Origin: Phoronis australis
Lineage: Eukaryota; Animalia; Phoronida
Direction: 5' to 3'
NCBI GenBank assembly: GCA_002633005.1
Contig: NMRA01000489.1
Span: 36,329 to 100,328 of the forward strand
DNA length: 64,000 nucleotides
Positions within the stretch are counted from its first letter, which is position 1, and every line of letters begins with the position of its first letter. A model generated the notes under the pieces. It saw only the letters and a program-made list of their open reading frames with translations, was not told the origin of the DNA and ran no database searches. Below are positions 26,298 through 39,532 of this stretch, one piece after another. Made by a program: the position numbers and the translations under genes.

Positions 26298-26509
26298 AAT
26301 ACATCATGTGGTCACATGTAGCTGACTTAGTGGCTCATAAGAAAGCTTTAAGGCCGACTTACTTCACTGCACTGATACACAACCAAAAGTTCCAGATCTC
26401 GGGCTCTTTAGCTATCTACAGTGGATCGAGATAGTCGCATTTCATTACCGGAGTTCACATTTAAGCGTTTTGATCAATTTCTAGTTTGTTTCCGCACACG
26501 TTATAGTAA

Positions 26510-26947
26510 ACTTGGTTGAAAACAAGTCTAAACTTTTGTTTGAAAACTTGATACAGACTCGCTCGTAATGTTTGAAACAATCTCCTTTTTTCGGGTGTGC
26601 AGCTATGCAGCAAAGCACCGAGAGACATTACAAAAAACAAATTAAAACACTAGATATATTTCGAGACTGCACGTCTCATCATCAAGCAATAATTAGAATA
26701 GATATATACGAAGCTTGTATGCCCTCTTCCTGCTGTCACGTGTATTTCAATGTTTACTTCCACTTATTTCCGGATGATGAGACACGAGGTCTCGAAATAT
26801 AGCTCGTGTTTTAATTTGTTGGTTTGTTATGCCTCTCGGTGTTTTGCTGCATAGCTGCACACCTGAGGAAAGGAGATTGTTTTAACACTACGAGCGACTC
26901 AGTATGAAGTTTTCAAACAAAAAGTTTAGTTGTGTTTTCAACAAAGT
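26510..26947. mobile_element. Long fold-back element, ~175-bp inverted arms around a ~90-bp spacer
   Basis: aaacaatctcctt...gtgtgcagctatgcagcaaagcaccgagag...atatttcgagac...gtctcatcatc is mirrored by gatgatgagac...gtctcgaaatat...ctctcggtgttttgctgcatagctgcacac...aaggagattgttt. Confidence 0.8.
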
Positions 26948-29900
26948 CTGTGCAGACTCTTACCTCAAATCTTTATAGAGGGTTTGATTACAATCGTGTG
27001 TGATTGAACTTTTCTGTAAATAAAAGCTAAGAAAACCAGCAAGGCATGCCTCTGTCTCTTAACACCACGACTCCTGTGCACAAATGTCATCATGGAAGAG
27101 AACATACTTGACTTCGATCACATCTAATCACACTCCTTTCCAATATGACTAAATTACTAGCCAAGATGAACCGAAGAGGAAATTGTGCGATGGCCTAGGT
27201 GTCTCCTTACATTTTTTAAATTTCACTGTTTACAATTAATCTACAATAGTAACACATGTAATGGGAGTGTTATATTGTTCAATACAATGGCACTGACCAT
27301 ATTACTTGTTTTACAAAAAAGTCACCAAAACTGTTGTTTTTACAAATATAAGTTCACTAAGCTCTTTGGTGATTATTAGGTAACTTCAAACTCAAATTTC
27401 TCAAAAATGTGCAACTTTATATGTGGGAACTTTTTAGATTTTGAAAACACTCTAATAAATGAATTAAAAAACACCAAAATAAAATTGCTCCCCTAAAGTA
27501 CTCACAAAAACCATTTTCTAGAGGCCCTACAAATTCTGGCCCACCGACTATATAGTGTAGCATTGCATTACTGTCATTTAGACATGCGCAAAGGCTATTG
27601 AGTTCACTAGTAGAGTAAGAGTTTTAAGCACCATGATCATGTGTTCTTGAAACTCTCTCACAAGAAGTCCCCTTTTCTCTCAGTGCACAGCGAACACACA
27701 ACTTAGTTACACGTAGATATGACGATTCAGCGAAGCATAGTACTTGGTAACAGAGACCACTGCAGAAGCAAAGAGGCACAAATTTTCGACCACAATGTCC
27801 AACATTAACTTACCTGGTTCTCAGAATTGATTGTTGTTAAAGCTCTCCTCAATAACCACTTCTCACCGTCAGCATAGTCTGGATTAAACATAAGTTAAGA
27901 CAAAGAATTATATTAAGGATGTCGTGTAGTTTATCCCACACGCGTTGAATCAGTCGAGTCCATGTGATATTGTTTTACGTATTCCCCTCCCGCACTACTT
28001 CAACAGTGTCCTCTGACATCTGTGCCCCGTAACATCTGGAACAAAACTGTTAATTACATGACACTTATGTCTCAATTTCCGATTGGTAAATATTACAACA
28101 TCTGCAATTGAGGCGCCGATTCCTAGGTAACTACAATATCAAATATTTTTGTTATTTAACTGTTTTCAAGAACTGTTACAGGTTCAATGCACAATTACTG
28201 TAGTTTTCATCTTTTGTAATCTCTTTTCAAGTAATAAATCGTCACAATTAAAACTGTTTCTTTTACTAGAAAACACTTGTGACTTAACGCGCAAGTATAT
28301 ACATATAGGATGTGATCCGCCACGTGAACAGTCTGGGTGAAGTATTTGAAAAAATCTGCCGAAAAAATGAAAGAAACTTAGGAATTCGAAGCGTATGGGA
28401 TAAACACAAAACGTACCTCGATGAAGTAATATCCCACTCGACATTATTCCGCGTATCGACCGAGTCCGAAGGTCAAGGTCGATAAGCGGAATAATAAACT
28501 GTATTGGGACGAATAGGTTTTTATTTCGTATGTGTCTCAAAAATACTGAAACTGACGATATTTTCTAGAAATTCTTACAACATTCAAAATGAATATTCTC
28601 ACGTTAGCACCTTCAAGAAGTATGTTCGCCACAATCTGAATTTTTATGAGTTTTCGCGCTCCAGGCCTCTTTAACCTGTTGATAGAGTTATTTTGTCGAT
28701 TGACTGTCCGTGGTGGTTGCAGAAACAGCAATTGCAGACTTACCATGTCCACTACCTTCGAAACATGCAAACATGGGCTAACTTGGAACCAGAACGTGAA
28801 TGACGTAACACTGAAGCTTGAAAACTTTGTTTACAGAAATATTAACCTTCTGCCTGATCATACATGATTTATTGTTCAGTGGCTACTGTTTGCTTCTAAA
28901 TGGTTTAGTTTCATTGAAACTTGACATTACAATTCACCGTTGAGTAGTAGGCCTTGTCGTTCACCATCGAAGCATGACCTGTATTAGCTTAACTAACTTA
29001 ATCTGAAACAAATGTGTCAGGAAACGGTTTCATTGGAAACTAAATGGCGTCCTTCATTCCAAAAAATTGTTTTGTGATGCACACAAGTTTAAGATATGCT
29101 ACTGACTATACTTGCAAAAATGCACGGATGAGGATGGAATGCTTTTTATCATTCCTGATCAAATAACTCTCTTACGCGGGGATATCACATGTTTACAGAA
29201 CGAACAGTTTTCTATCAATCACAATATCATTTGCTCGAGCCACACAGTTTTCACTGTAATAAAACATAAAAGAACAGTTCTGTTAATTGCTCTTCGTATC
29301 AGCTGTGCTGAGAAATCGTCGTTACCAACACTAGACCTACGCAGCTGTATGTGGCATTATCCTATCTTTTACACCCTGCAGAACAACCTTTGGGATTCCA
29401 GGAGTGAGAGACGCACACCATTACTTCACAGTAAAATCATTTTCTACTAAGCCTACTTACGTTACCATTTATTGAGACACTCAACGTGCACGGGGCTTTC
29501 GGTTTGTTGAGATAGAGGCGAAGCGCTACTGCGGTGATACTTCTTGCTAATATGTAAACAAACCAAAGTATTTAGGTGCAGAACTAACCCATGACATTAA
29601 ATAATTTATAACATGGGCCAATATTATTCACAAACCGCTGTTTAAACCACATTTTGTTATTTTTACTCACCGTGAAGCTTTCGCGTGATATTTCCAAGTA
29701 GCGGCGGTACGATTTTGGATTGATTTATCAATAATCACATCCAGTTACATGGAAATTATCCAGCTTATCAATAAATCCATCACTGATATTGATCAAGTGT
29801 GTAAAACCTCTATCTACATGTAGGATAACTATTGTTCCCTGAGCAGGCTTGTTCTATACAAATACACAGTGACAGTGCGCGAGATCTAAAGTGAAAGCGT

Positions 29901-31910
29901 TCGGTAATTCTCCTTGCATCGCTTACAAGGAAAATGTTATCGCTCTAAATTCGTTGGGCGACTTTAGCTATAAAAATGACTGTATCAATAACTAATGAAA
30001 TCTTGTTGTAAATTAAAATGCTGCGCGGAATATGTGAGACAAATCTCGTTTTGTAGAGCCGTTAACACCATACTGTACTGTTAGATGTCCTGGTAAGTAG
30101 TGAACTGACATGACTGGCTCAAAGTGATAGTGTGTGACATCAACGAACATGTTAGTTTTTGCCGCGATACTCTGCGTAATGAACATGTAACGATTATACC
30201 TGCCTGTGTGTAAGTAGTCCGCTGATTTTTTCAGTGCCAGCTATTTTCGCATTCTATTATAAGTGCACCGTTTTTTTTAAAGCAGTTTAAGTAAGGATTT
30301 GTATATGTTTGAGTTTTGCTCAGAATATCAAACCTTTTCATGATCTCTCGTACGGTTAACGAATCAAAGCGAAGAGATAATTTAGAAAACTCAATCATCG
30401 TTTTTGACAATAATTCATCTTATTGAGTATTTATACCAAAAGAAGTTGGACAAGTTATCATTACACGCGTAGTTTTAAATGTTGCCGCTGAAATCAGTAG
30501 AGACCTTGATCACGTGATCCAATAAATGACCCCTGCTTTCGGAAAATAACAAAGTTACGTTCAGAAATTTTGGATAAACGCGCAGAACATTAGACTAAAG
30601 TATAATGGAATTGCAATCTTAAGCCACTTTTGCAAGCGTGTCTGTTTTAAATAGCGTCAAGATTTCCGACAAGATAGGAAAATAGAAAACTCGAAACGTT
30701 AAGATCTACAAATCTATTGTTACCTTGCTATTTTATTGTTTGCTGGTGAATCTTGAAGGGAAGAAAGCATAGGCGGACAATGTGGGCAGGCGATGTGCAT
30801 ACCGCACGTGCATACCACACGTGCCAGTGGAGCTGATCTGTATCTTGTGGAATGACAAACCTCGGTCGTAAAAGAACCTGTTTATTCTTTGTCTATGTGA
30901 TAGGATGTATAGCATTCTAAGTGCTCAACTCAAAAGTGCTGACCTTTTAACTTTTGAAATGCAGTTTGTATGTATTCTGTTCTACTTTATTTTATTCATG
31001 GTTGTTAGTACACCTCGTGTCTTGTCGACTGTTGCACTGGACTCCCAGGAAGAACAGCAGTGTCAGTGATCGGGCCATCCATTTTGACTAAAGATGAATA
31101 AAACTGAGATCAAATTAATTGAAACTTATTTTGTTTTCTAATGTAAAACGTTAACCTGACAAAGTAAATACACCGCACAACTTTAACATTGTTCACTTCG
31201 AAATATACTACCAAGGCCAACGTGGATCCTACATTTACATGGTTCCTTGATAGTTATCAGCGGAATGTTCGCACTCGGAAAGTTGCTGCCATTTTGTTTG
31301 TGCCCAAGGATTTGACTAGAGTGCGCAGCGTACAAAGCATGGGTTGTACGCGTAGCATAGCATATGCAATTCTACGCGAGCATGGACCAACACTGCTGTA
31401 GAAAAAATAGGAATATTTTTCACACACAGAGCTCACGTTGCACCGTTTCAAGCAGGGACTACTCAAGATAGTTTTTAACACGTTTTTTCACACCCAACAC
31501 TTAATGAACATACTAAAATAAGAGGCATGAATTAATAATAGGCAATCGCAACACCATTGGCTGAACTCGTGCAATGCGGGTCCATTCACCAAGTTTACCT
31601 AGTAGCAGGATTTATACAAATAAAATGTCAATAAATCCAGCACACAGGCATTCACTGCTTCGCTTACAAGAGAAATATCTTGAAGCACAAACAAAAGTTT
31701 CTTTACGCTTGATTTATACTCGTGACCCACATCGCAAGCGGCCACAGTATTCGAGCTCAGGCCATTAGAACGAGCGTCGAGCAGTTGTTGCTCATGGAGC
31801 GTTTGCTGTCAGTGAACTACGACGGAGTCTTCATAAAGGATCGCTCACTTCCGTACACTGGCAGTCATCACAGACAAAGACTGGAGCGTCCTGCAATGTT
31901 GTGAAGCAAC

Positions 31911-34900
31911 ATGAGGTCTCTACTGGCATTAAGTGTGCTGCTGTCGTCGACAGGTAAGTTTTATTAGCCGAAACTCATGTAACATCATTCGTGCTGCGGT
32001 TTTAGGGCTGATGAGCATTTGTCTATTGTCATATTGTGTGATTATTGTCAATAATCTTTCGCCATGAGTGCAGGAAAGCGGAACGCTTCCATATGGTTAC
32101 ACCGACGCTGATTTTCAAAGCGTCTGATCTAGAGCCATGCCAAGGGAGCTTATAACTGTCGAGCACGTGCTGTTCCAGTGTTCTACCCTACTCATCCCCG
32201 TCGTTTAGGAACAATTTTTGGGAAATTTACCAAAAAACACTGTGTATATCCTGATTTACATTGTCCTTACTATGCCACCTAGTATTTGCATGACTTCGGA
32301 TTTTTTCTTCAGGAACCCGGGACCGACTTCTTTGTTTATAATATACATAACATATTCCTTCGCTCAACAAACGCAAAGCCCCTCAACAAATCAATGTTGG
32401 GTGGACATTTACAACACAAGTGGCAAGTTTTCAGGAATACGCTTACGTAAGCTGCACTCACAGTTACGCTTTTGACCGGAGACTAAGAGACGGGGAAGCA
32501 TGGGCGGCGCACCAGGGGGCTGGGAGGGGGGAGGGGCTATAGCCCCACCTATTTCAGTGCTGCGCCGCCCATGGGAAGGACAGTCTCGTTGACACAAGAG
32601 GCAGGAGAGTGGCGCAGCACATTCACAAAAAATCCAAATAGACCATTAATGCGCTGGGCAATGAAAAATTGGTCAATTGGTAACCCCAAACAAATTACAA
32701 TACCACGGGGTCTAAACCGTAGCTGGGCTAAAACTATAGTATTCCATGTTGTCACCACTGGCACTGTGTTCAAAACAGTTGAACAATATTTTTTTTTGGT
32801 AAATCTGCATCATTTAGAATACCGGTATTAGTACATAAAACCATGTTACAGTAAATCGTCCTCTGCGTAGCCTCTGTATGACAACAAATAGTAACATAAC
32901 TTAGTAAATTATTCTAAGGCATCCTTTTCATGGGCGGTGCAGCACTGAAATAAGTGGGGCTATAGCCCCCCCCCCCCAGCCCCCTATGGTGCGCCGCCCA
33001 TGCGTAGTTTTATCATGTGTACAGTTTTGTATCTTAAACGTCTTTTTATGGAATTTTATCCTTGTGTAATAAAAACTGTAGTTGTAGTAATAATAGTAAT
33101 AGTAATAGTAACAGTAGCAGTAATACATTCAAATGGAAAACTATCGTATCTCGGTTGCAATGTCAGGTTCTGCTATGTCACCAGTGTTGGAGCACACTAC
33201 CCTGCAATACTGCACATGTTCTTGAAAGTGTTGATTACATTCATGGTCAACCCTAATGACTGCAGTTGTTTCTGATACATATATGGTCGGCAGCGCAGTC
33301 ATGATCCACGCATACTTCCGCCCGGGCGTCAACATGTGTCGAACGCGACAAGTTTTGTCATCAACAGCGGCACGGCACAGTTTGTGACATTATACACGTA
33401 TCTTCGTCCGGGCGACAGTATGTGTCGACTGCGACAATATATGTTGCAATAGTCCCTCTTACTTTGTTAATACGAGCGACCGCGATTACTAAAATCGCTT
33501 ATCGATCTGAAGTGTTTCTAGTGTGTTTTTTAAACTTGTATAACAGACCGAATTTAGCTCTAAGATGTTACGATTACACGCGAAACAAACGTCACCAACT
33601 GGTCAAATTATTCGTTGAACTATCACTTCAGCTTAGAAACGCATTAATTTAATCGCTAAACTATGCTTTGAAGTTTCAGTATCCCTGTTTGAAGATAGCA
33701 CTCGGAACAAATGTTTTCGGCGTATAATTGCTAAAACAACTGTCGACGACTGGTGTAATCGGCCAAATTATGATCTTCGGTAGTTTAAAGGACATATCAT
33801 CAGATAGAAACTTGCTACAATTGTCAGTCTGTCGGAACTGATAGACACAGATCAAATATGCTTTTAGTGATCCATTTAACCGTCTAACGAGTATCTGTAA
33901 TTAATTCCGTAATTAATTTCTATTAATTGTTTTTCTTTGATGCTGACGCGAGGCGTTTTTTTATAATTTCTTTGAAGTTTCTGCTTGCCTGTATTTCTCA
34001 TGTTTTCTCGGTTGTCTATGAATGCTTGAAAAAATTGTGGTCTATACCTTGGTCAATCATATACTGCACTCAGCCGCGATATTACTTCCAACTGCCTGTT
34101 ATTACACAAGTTACAATTAATCAGTAGATAGGGCCAACGGCCTGTACTTTATAAGGAAGCATAGTCGTAACGATCTCCTACAGGCCCGAAATCCAACCTT
34201 CAACTTTGTATATATTGTGCATAATTATGGACTAACGACAAAGGTATATTTCAAAGATAAATTTTACCGAAATGAACACGTCAAGGTTGAAAACGTCAAA
34301 GCAACATGAGCTTCTATTATGTTCTCGAGCCCAAATTCAGAAACGCGTATTTTGGGATCATGCAAAAAGTAGATCAGAAAATTCCAAAATTTAGTCTTGA
34401 TTCGAGTTTGGGTATTAGATTCTTCAGGCTGGCAAGACTCCGTAGAAAATACAGACATTTACTTAAAGGAATATTGCCGGCGAGAAAAGTGATTTCCTGA
34501 GATCAACCCCGGCACGGAATGGAACTTAGAACTGCCGCGATCGCAGCCTAACGCTCTGCCATCGGAGCCAATCAATTAATGACAGACAATTTTAAGTGCT
34601 CAGTGGTGAAGTCAATGACCCTGATTTCTCGAAATGTCTGGCAGGCAATGGATAGAATTGGCGATTTGTAATAAAATCGAAAAAAGCAACGGGTTTTTGT
34701 TGTTTTACAGCTCTGAAATTAATAACTTCAGGAAGTCTGTCCCATACAACATGAAAATATAATAAAAAATGTGCCGATAAAATCTGGTCTGTTCTTGGCT
34801 CATTTTGAAACATGCACTCATCAGCTGACACCAGGTGTCGCTGGGTAGAAAGGGCGGATACCGATCCGTTTCAGCTTGCACCAGGTAACTTTTCTGTGTG

Positions 34901-36979
34901 AAAATATGGACAGTTAAAAATACCACGTCACCACATCAATTTTCTTAAATTTTATAAACCACATCCAATTATACTATTTTTTGCCCAAACCTTAAAAACT
35001 TCCACGAGTTAATAACGTAATTTGTTTATAGAGAGTAGCGTTCAAATTTACTTTAATTGCTATGTTTTCGCTTATTTGTCAATACTATATGAAAACCCAG
35101 AATCTTAGTGGAAATCATGGGTCTGCGATCACGTCGATCGGTCGCACGACATTGATAAAACATGGTTTTGATCTTGAAGTACTGACGAAATACATGGTTA
35201 ATTTTAAAGAAGCTCAACGAGTAAAAAGAAAGTTTGTGCTCTTTGAGGAAGAACACATATTTGAATAAGGTTGAGGTAGTTTTATTATGTGCGGAGGCAG
35301 CAATTTTATTTCCAACAATCTACCACGCACGGAAGCGTTTTCTTTGAAATATTTGTCACACCCACCTTCTTAATATATTTGTTAGTATTTTGTCCCGTTG
35401 TTTCTAATTTTAACTGCTGTCGATAATTATTCACACGTGTCACACTTACTCTAAGCTTTCTTTTTCCACGAACCAGCTTCAGGTCACACAATATTCAAAT
35501 ATAAACGACACGAACCCTGTTCTATTGTTAAAAACGTGTTTTTGTATTTCAGCAGTAGCAAACGCAATTCAGTGCTACACGTGTAAAAAGTGTGCGTCTG
35601 ACTTCACTACCATTTCGACCAATCAGCAAACTGCTCTAAAAGCTTCTGCTCCACAAAACTGTGTCCTGTGTCAGAAACACGTCAGACACTCAGGTAAGAC
35701 ATTTGTAAGAATACTTCTGCGTTAAATGCATTCGCGGGCGCTTGGTCGCCAAGCTTTACCGTGACTCGATTGGAAAATTGTCGAATCACGTGTCACTTTT
35801 CTAGTGTTTTTTGCTATGTGATTGGTGGAATCGAGTTGGAACAACGTTTGGTGGCGACGTGCGTGGGATTGCGCACACATGTACAAGATGCTGACAATAC
35901 ATTCTCCATTGTTCGGGTTGAGGCCACTGTGGTCGCGTGAATGAGCGTATGTAACATGGTATTTTTCCGTGGAACAAGTTTCTTGCGGGAAAAGTAAGAT
36001 CTTGCAAGGGCTCGCAAATTACACGAGTGAAAGGCTAGCGTTTGAATTGAATTCATAAATCATGAGATGGAATTGACTGTTTCAGCTCCATAAGCGAGCT
36101 TTTTCTCTTCAAGTGAAAGCTTCTGTCTTGGGTTCTGTGAAACGCAGAACTTGTGACGAGAAATGAAAGTTCTATCTCCCAATTCACATTCCGAAATCAC
36201 CGACCAATCACTTCAGTGGAGGCAGTTTCAGCTGGTCAACTCTAGTAAGGTCCCGAGCACAATCGCGAAACACTCACGTGACTTTGCATGGTCTTGCCTT
36301 TTCACCAGTTTATTGCATATACGAAAGGTAACAAAATTCTTTTACAGTGAAGCACCGTTCATTTTATTGGATTATGCAGATGTAACGTAAACTTAAGCAG
36401 GTGACATACGTTTTCGATTAGTCCGTACAAAAGTACATTGAGCATTGTAAAAATACCATATAGCGCGACTTTAGACCATACTCCTTTGCCCGAATTAGTG
36501 TGTTTTTCTTTACTCGTGTGCGACTTAATTTGCATAATGGCGCATGTACCTTGCGGTTCACTAAAACGCGAGGACGACCATTCTTTGTTTTGAGAGAGAG
36601 AGGGGGGTGGGGTGGGAGATTACGGTGACTTGCGTACAGGGTCATTTATTTCGCCTCAGTGTTTAATGAGTTTGAATGATCCAAGGCGAAATACTTTACT
36701 AGTAGGTGTTCACAATATTCTTTTTCATTTACAGAAAAGAGCGTTTCCGATAGACTTTGCATGACCGCCGAAAACGAAATTATGCTTAAAGAATTCAAAA
36801 TACGTCTTGACAATGGGTGCCGCAACACGAGTTTGATTCCCGGAGCAAGCACTCCAATATGGACGTGTTTCTGCAACACTGACTTCTGTAACTCAGCCTT
36901 GGGTCTGCATCGTAGTGACGTCTGGTGGTGGTTAATGCCAACAGTTGCTGCCATTTTTCAAGCGAAGACTGCATCTTAA
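31911..36979 (+). CDS. Ly6/uPAR (three-finger) domain protein, Quiver/Sleepless-like, predicted secreted and GPI-anchored, ~142 aa; exons 31911-31953, 35553-35693, 36735-36979
   Basis: Signal peptide MRSLLALSVLLSSTAVANA, then IQCYTC, 10 Cys in total, terminal CFCNTDFCNSA and a hydrophobic tail. Two phase-1 GT-AG introns, the typical Ly6 layout. Confidence 0.88.
32499..33002. mobile_element. Inverted pair of ~75-bp GC-rich mini-elements (32499-32573, 32929-33002) in Ly6 intron 1; a partial third copy at about 13735-13806
   Basis: Each unit is bounded by catgggcggcgca...tgcgccgcccatg, and the two units are reverse complements of each other. Confidence 0.75.
33078..33125. repeat. (tagtaa)n-type microsatellite
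   Basis: gtagttgtagtaataatagtaatagtaatagtaacagtagcagtaata. Confidence 0.8.
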
Positions 36980-38452
36980 CGTTAAACTTCTTGTATTTAT
37001 CAGTGCCAAAATCATGTTCTGGAATTAAAAATACAAACTTTCTTCACAGGGAAAGCATCGCCATCTTTTGTTTGAAATGAAAGTTGTTTTGAATAAAAAG
37101 CCTGAGAATCTCATGATAAGCACTGGCGACTCAACGAAAACAATTCGCCATGTTAATTTATTGGGCTTTGTCGGAAGCAGTGACGACCCGTCAGTTCTTC
37201 GAAAGTTTAGCAATGGCGGAATATCACATACGGGTGTAGGAATACAGAGACCCAATCCTCGGCTCCCCCTCCCCCGAATCCGAAATTTGAAACATTTTTG
37301 GTAAAATAGCTTATTTGTATTCTTCATCAGTCTAAGTATGACTGCATTTGTGAAAACGGAAAAGCAGAGATCCAAAACAACCAACTCCCCGTTTTTCTTG
37401 CAAATTTGAAATTGGTGTTTAAAGCAAAATTGGACAGTCCTGCTGAAGTCCACCTTGCTCTCGAATGTGCAGGACACTCGCGGGTAAAGTTAGCTTGGTC
37501 ACGTGTTTGGCTTCCGATACACAGCGACCTCTCGAATGTCTTGCCTATACGGAACGCAGCTCTGGTAGAAGTGCAAGTTGGCACGTGCTGCACGTGTGTT
37601 TATGCACAGTGTAGTGGTGGACCTAACTTATGAAAGAAGCTTGTAAGAAATTACAAGATTACCCATCTTGCCTCCGCCGTTTGCTGTCACGTGATAGAAA
37701 ATTGGAATCGACACACCGCCTTTCAGGAACGTTGCTTTGGAGTCTCTTCTTAATACAAGTCTTTGGACTGGAACATCAGCTAAAGTAACAGATGGAAGTG
37801 TGCAGCGTAAAATGGCATACGGATATCACAATGTGCTTTATGAGAGAAATAAAGGAAAATAACTTAATAGGTGAAATATTTTGTGGCGCAATTTAATGAA
37901 GAAATAAAATTGAATCACTCTTGCTGAAACGTGTTGACAAATATCATGCCCGATTTTAAGGCAAAGGGTTGGGTTTATGTATAATGTCACTATTCGATGA
38001 TATATCCAATTCCGTAAGAAGTTGCCAATGTAACGTAAACATGCTTTCAATAGATTGGTTTTCAAACATTGGAAATGTGTTTGGGGTCTGAAAACCAACA
38101 TATTGGCCATGTGTCAAAGTCAATAATTTTCTTATTGTATAATTACATCCACTAAATAATTCCCGGAAGGAGGCTGTATTTGGGATTTCGATCGTATGTC
38201 GTTACCAGTTTTTACCCAAAACGTTGCGGAGAAATTTTGTACAAAATTTAGATGATGCTCATAATGGACAAAGGAACAATCGATTATATATTGTGAAATT
38301 TATCAGGATTTGCGGTAGTGCAACTGTCGTTTCGAATGCAAAACAATCGACAAATGTTAAATCAATGCTATCGCAGACTGCGAGTCGGCACACTCAACGT
38401 GAATGTACCAAATCCGAACAAATGACGTGCATTGAAAGTCAGTGAGCATTGT

Positions 38453-39532
38453 TATGAATCCGTTCAGCCATTTCTGAGATATAATGTTCCAAAGATAGTC
38501 AAATTTGGACGTTTTTCTAGAAATTCTTGGTAGTATCAAGTTTTTGATTGTTTGATGTTGGTGGTACCTTGAAGCATTTCGGGCTAGGTTGTAATTTTTA
38601 TAACTACGAGTGTTTTTTTAAATACGCAGATTAGGCTGCTGTTGTGCAAAATTCTATTTATGCTTATATCTTTCTTACCAAGCACCTTAAGTAGATTATT
38701 TTGATGTTTTATTGATGTTTTCAAGGTCAGTGAGTGTTATGAAGCTAGTTTACACGTGTATAAACCGAGAATTTGCAAAATCAATGCAAATTAAGATCGC
38801 CATTATTTAAAAATCATCTTGTGCTTATAGCTGATGTACCAGGCACCACAGATAAATGCCATTGATATTTGTACCCATGTTTCTATGGTCTAGTTATTTA
38901 ATAAAATCAGTTTGTACGTTGTTACACGAAATTTCAGCGTAATTTATGCACATTATGGCCCAAACCACGAAGGACAGTGTTAAGGAGGTATTACTTGATT
39001 GCATGCTATCACGGGGTGGAAGTAAGTCCATGATCTCACATTTACATTCCAGCAGCGACACCTTAATCTCCAGTCCCAAACCAACATACACCAAAGTCAT
39101 GGTAGAAATCCCCAGATTTGCACCCTTAAATTCCCATTCGCACCAAAAATGCTCCACACGCGATGACCAAGTTCCACCTCCGGTACGGGCTATTATAATT
39201 TTTAGGAAACGCCATTCCCGTGGGTTTTGGTGAATTCCGTATTTCCGTTGGTCACGACAGCAAATTTAGTTTATTCTATCGGTTTTTCTGTGAACGCGTT
39301 AACTTCAACACTTGATTTAAATGTACAAGATTTCAAGAACAGACCAGCCTCATCTCGATGAAACACCATGCGACAACTTTTTAAAGTGTGCTAAATATAA
39401 CCCAGGTTTTAACTAATTACTGGACCCAAAGCCATTCAGAAAATTTGCAAATGTAGGTAGGATCCTAGAAAAATGTTCAAATTTGACTATCTTTGGAGCA
39501 TTATGTCTCAGACATGGCTGATTGGATTCATA
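38453..39532. mobile_element. ~1.1-kb non-autonomous DNA element with ~70-bp inverted repeats
   Basis: tatgaatccgttcagccatttctgagatataatgttccaaagatagtcaaatttggacgtttttctag pairs with ctagaaaaatgttcaaatttgactatctttggagcattatgtctcagacatggctgattggattcata. Confidence 0.7.

Noticed and set aside
32928-33275. Poly-Tyr, poly-Val/Ile and poly-Asn/Ser ORFs
   Set aside because: Translations of the (tagtaa)n microsatellite.
35273-35282. let-7-like tgaggtagt
   Set aside because: Only a 9-nt match with no precursor hairpin.
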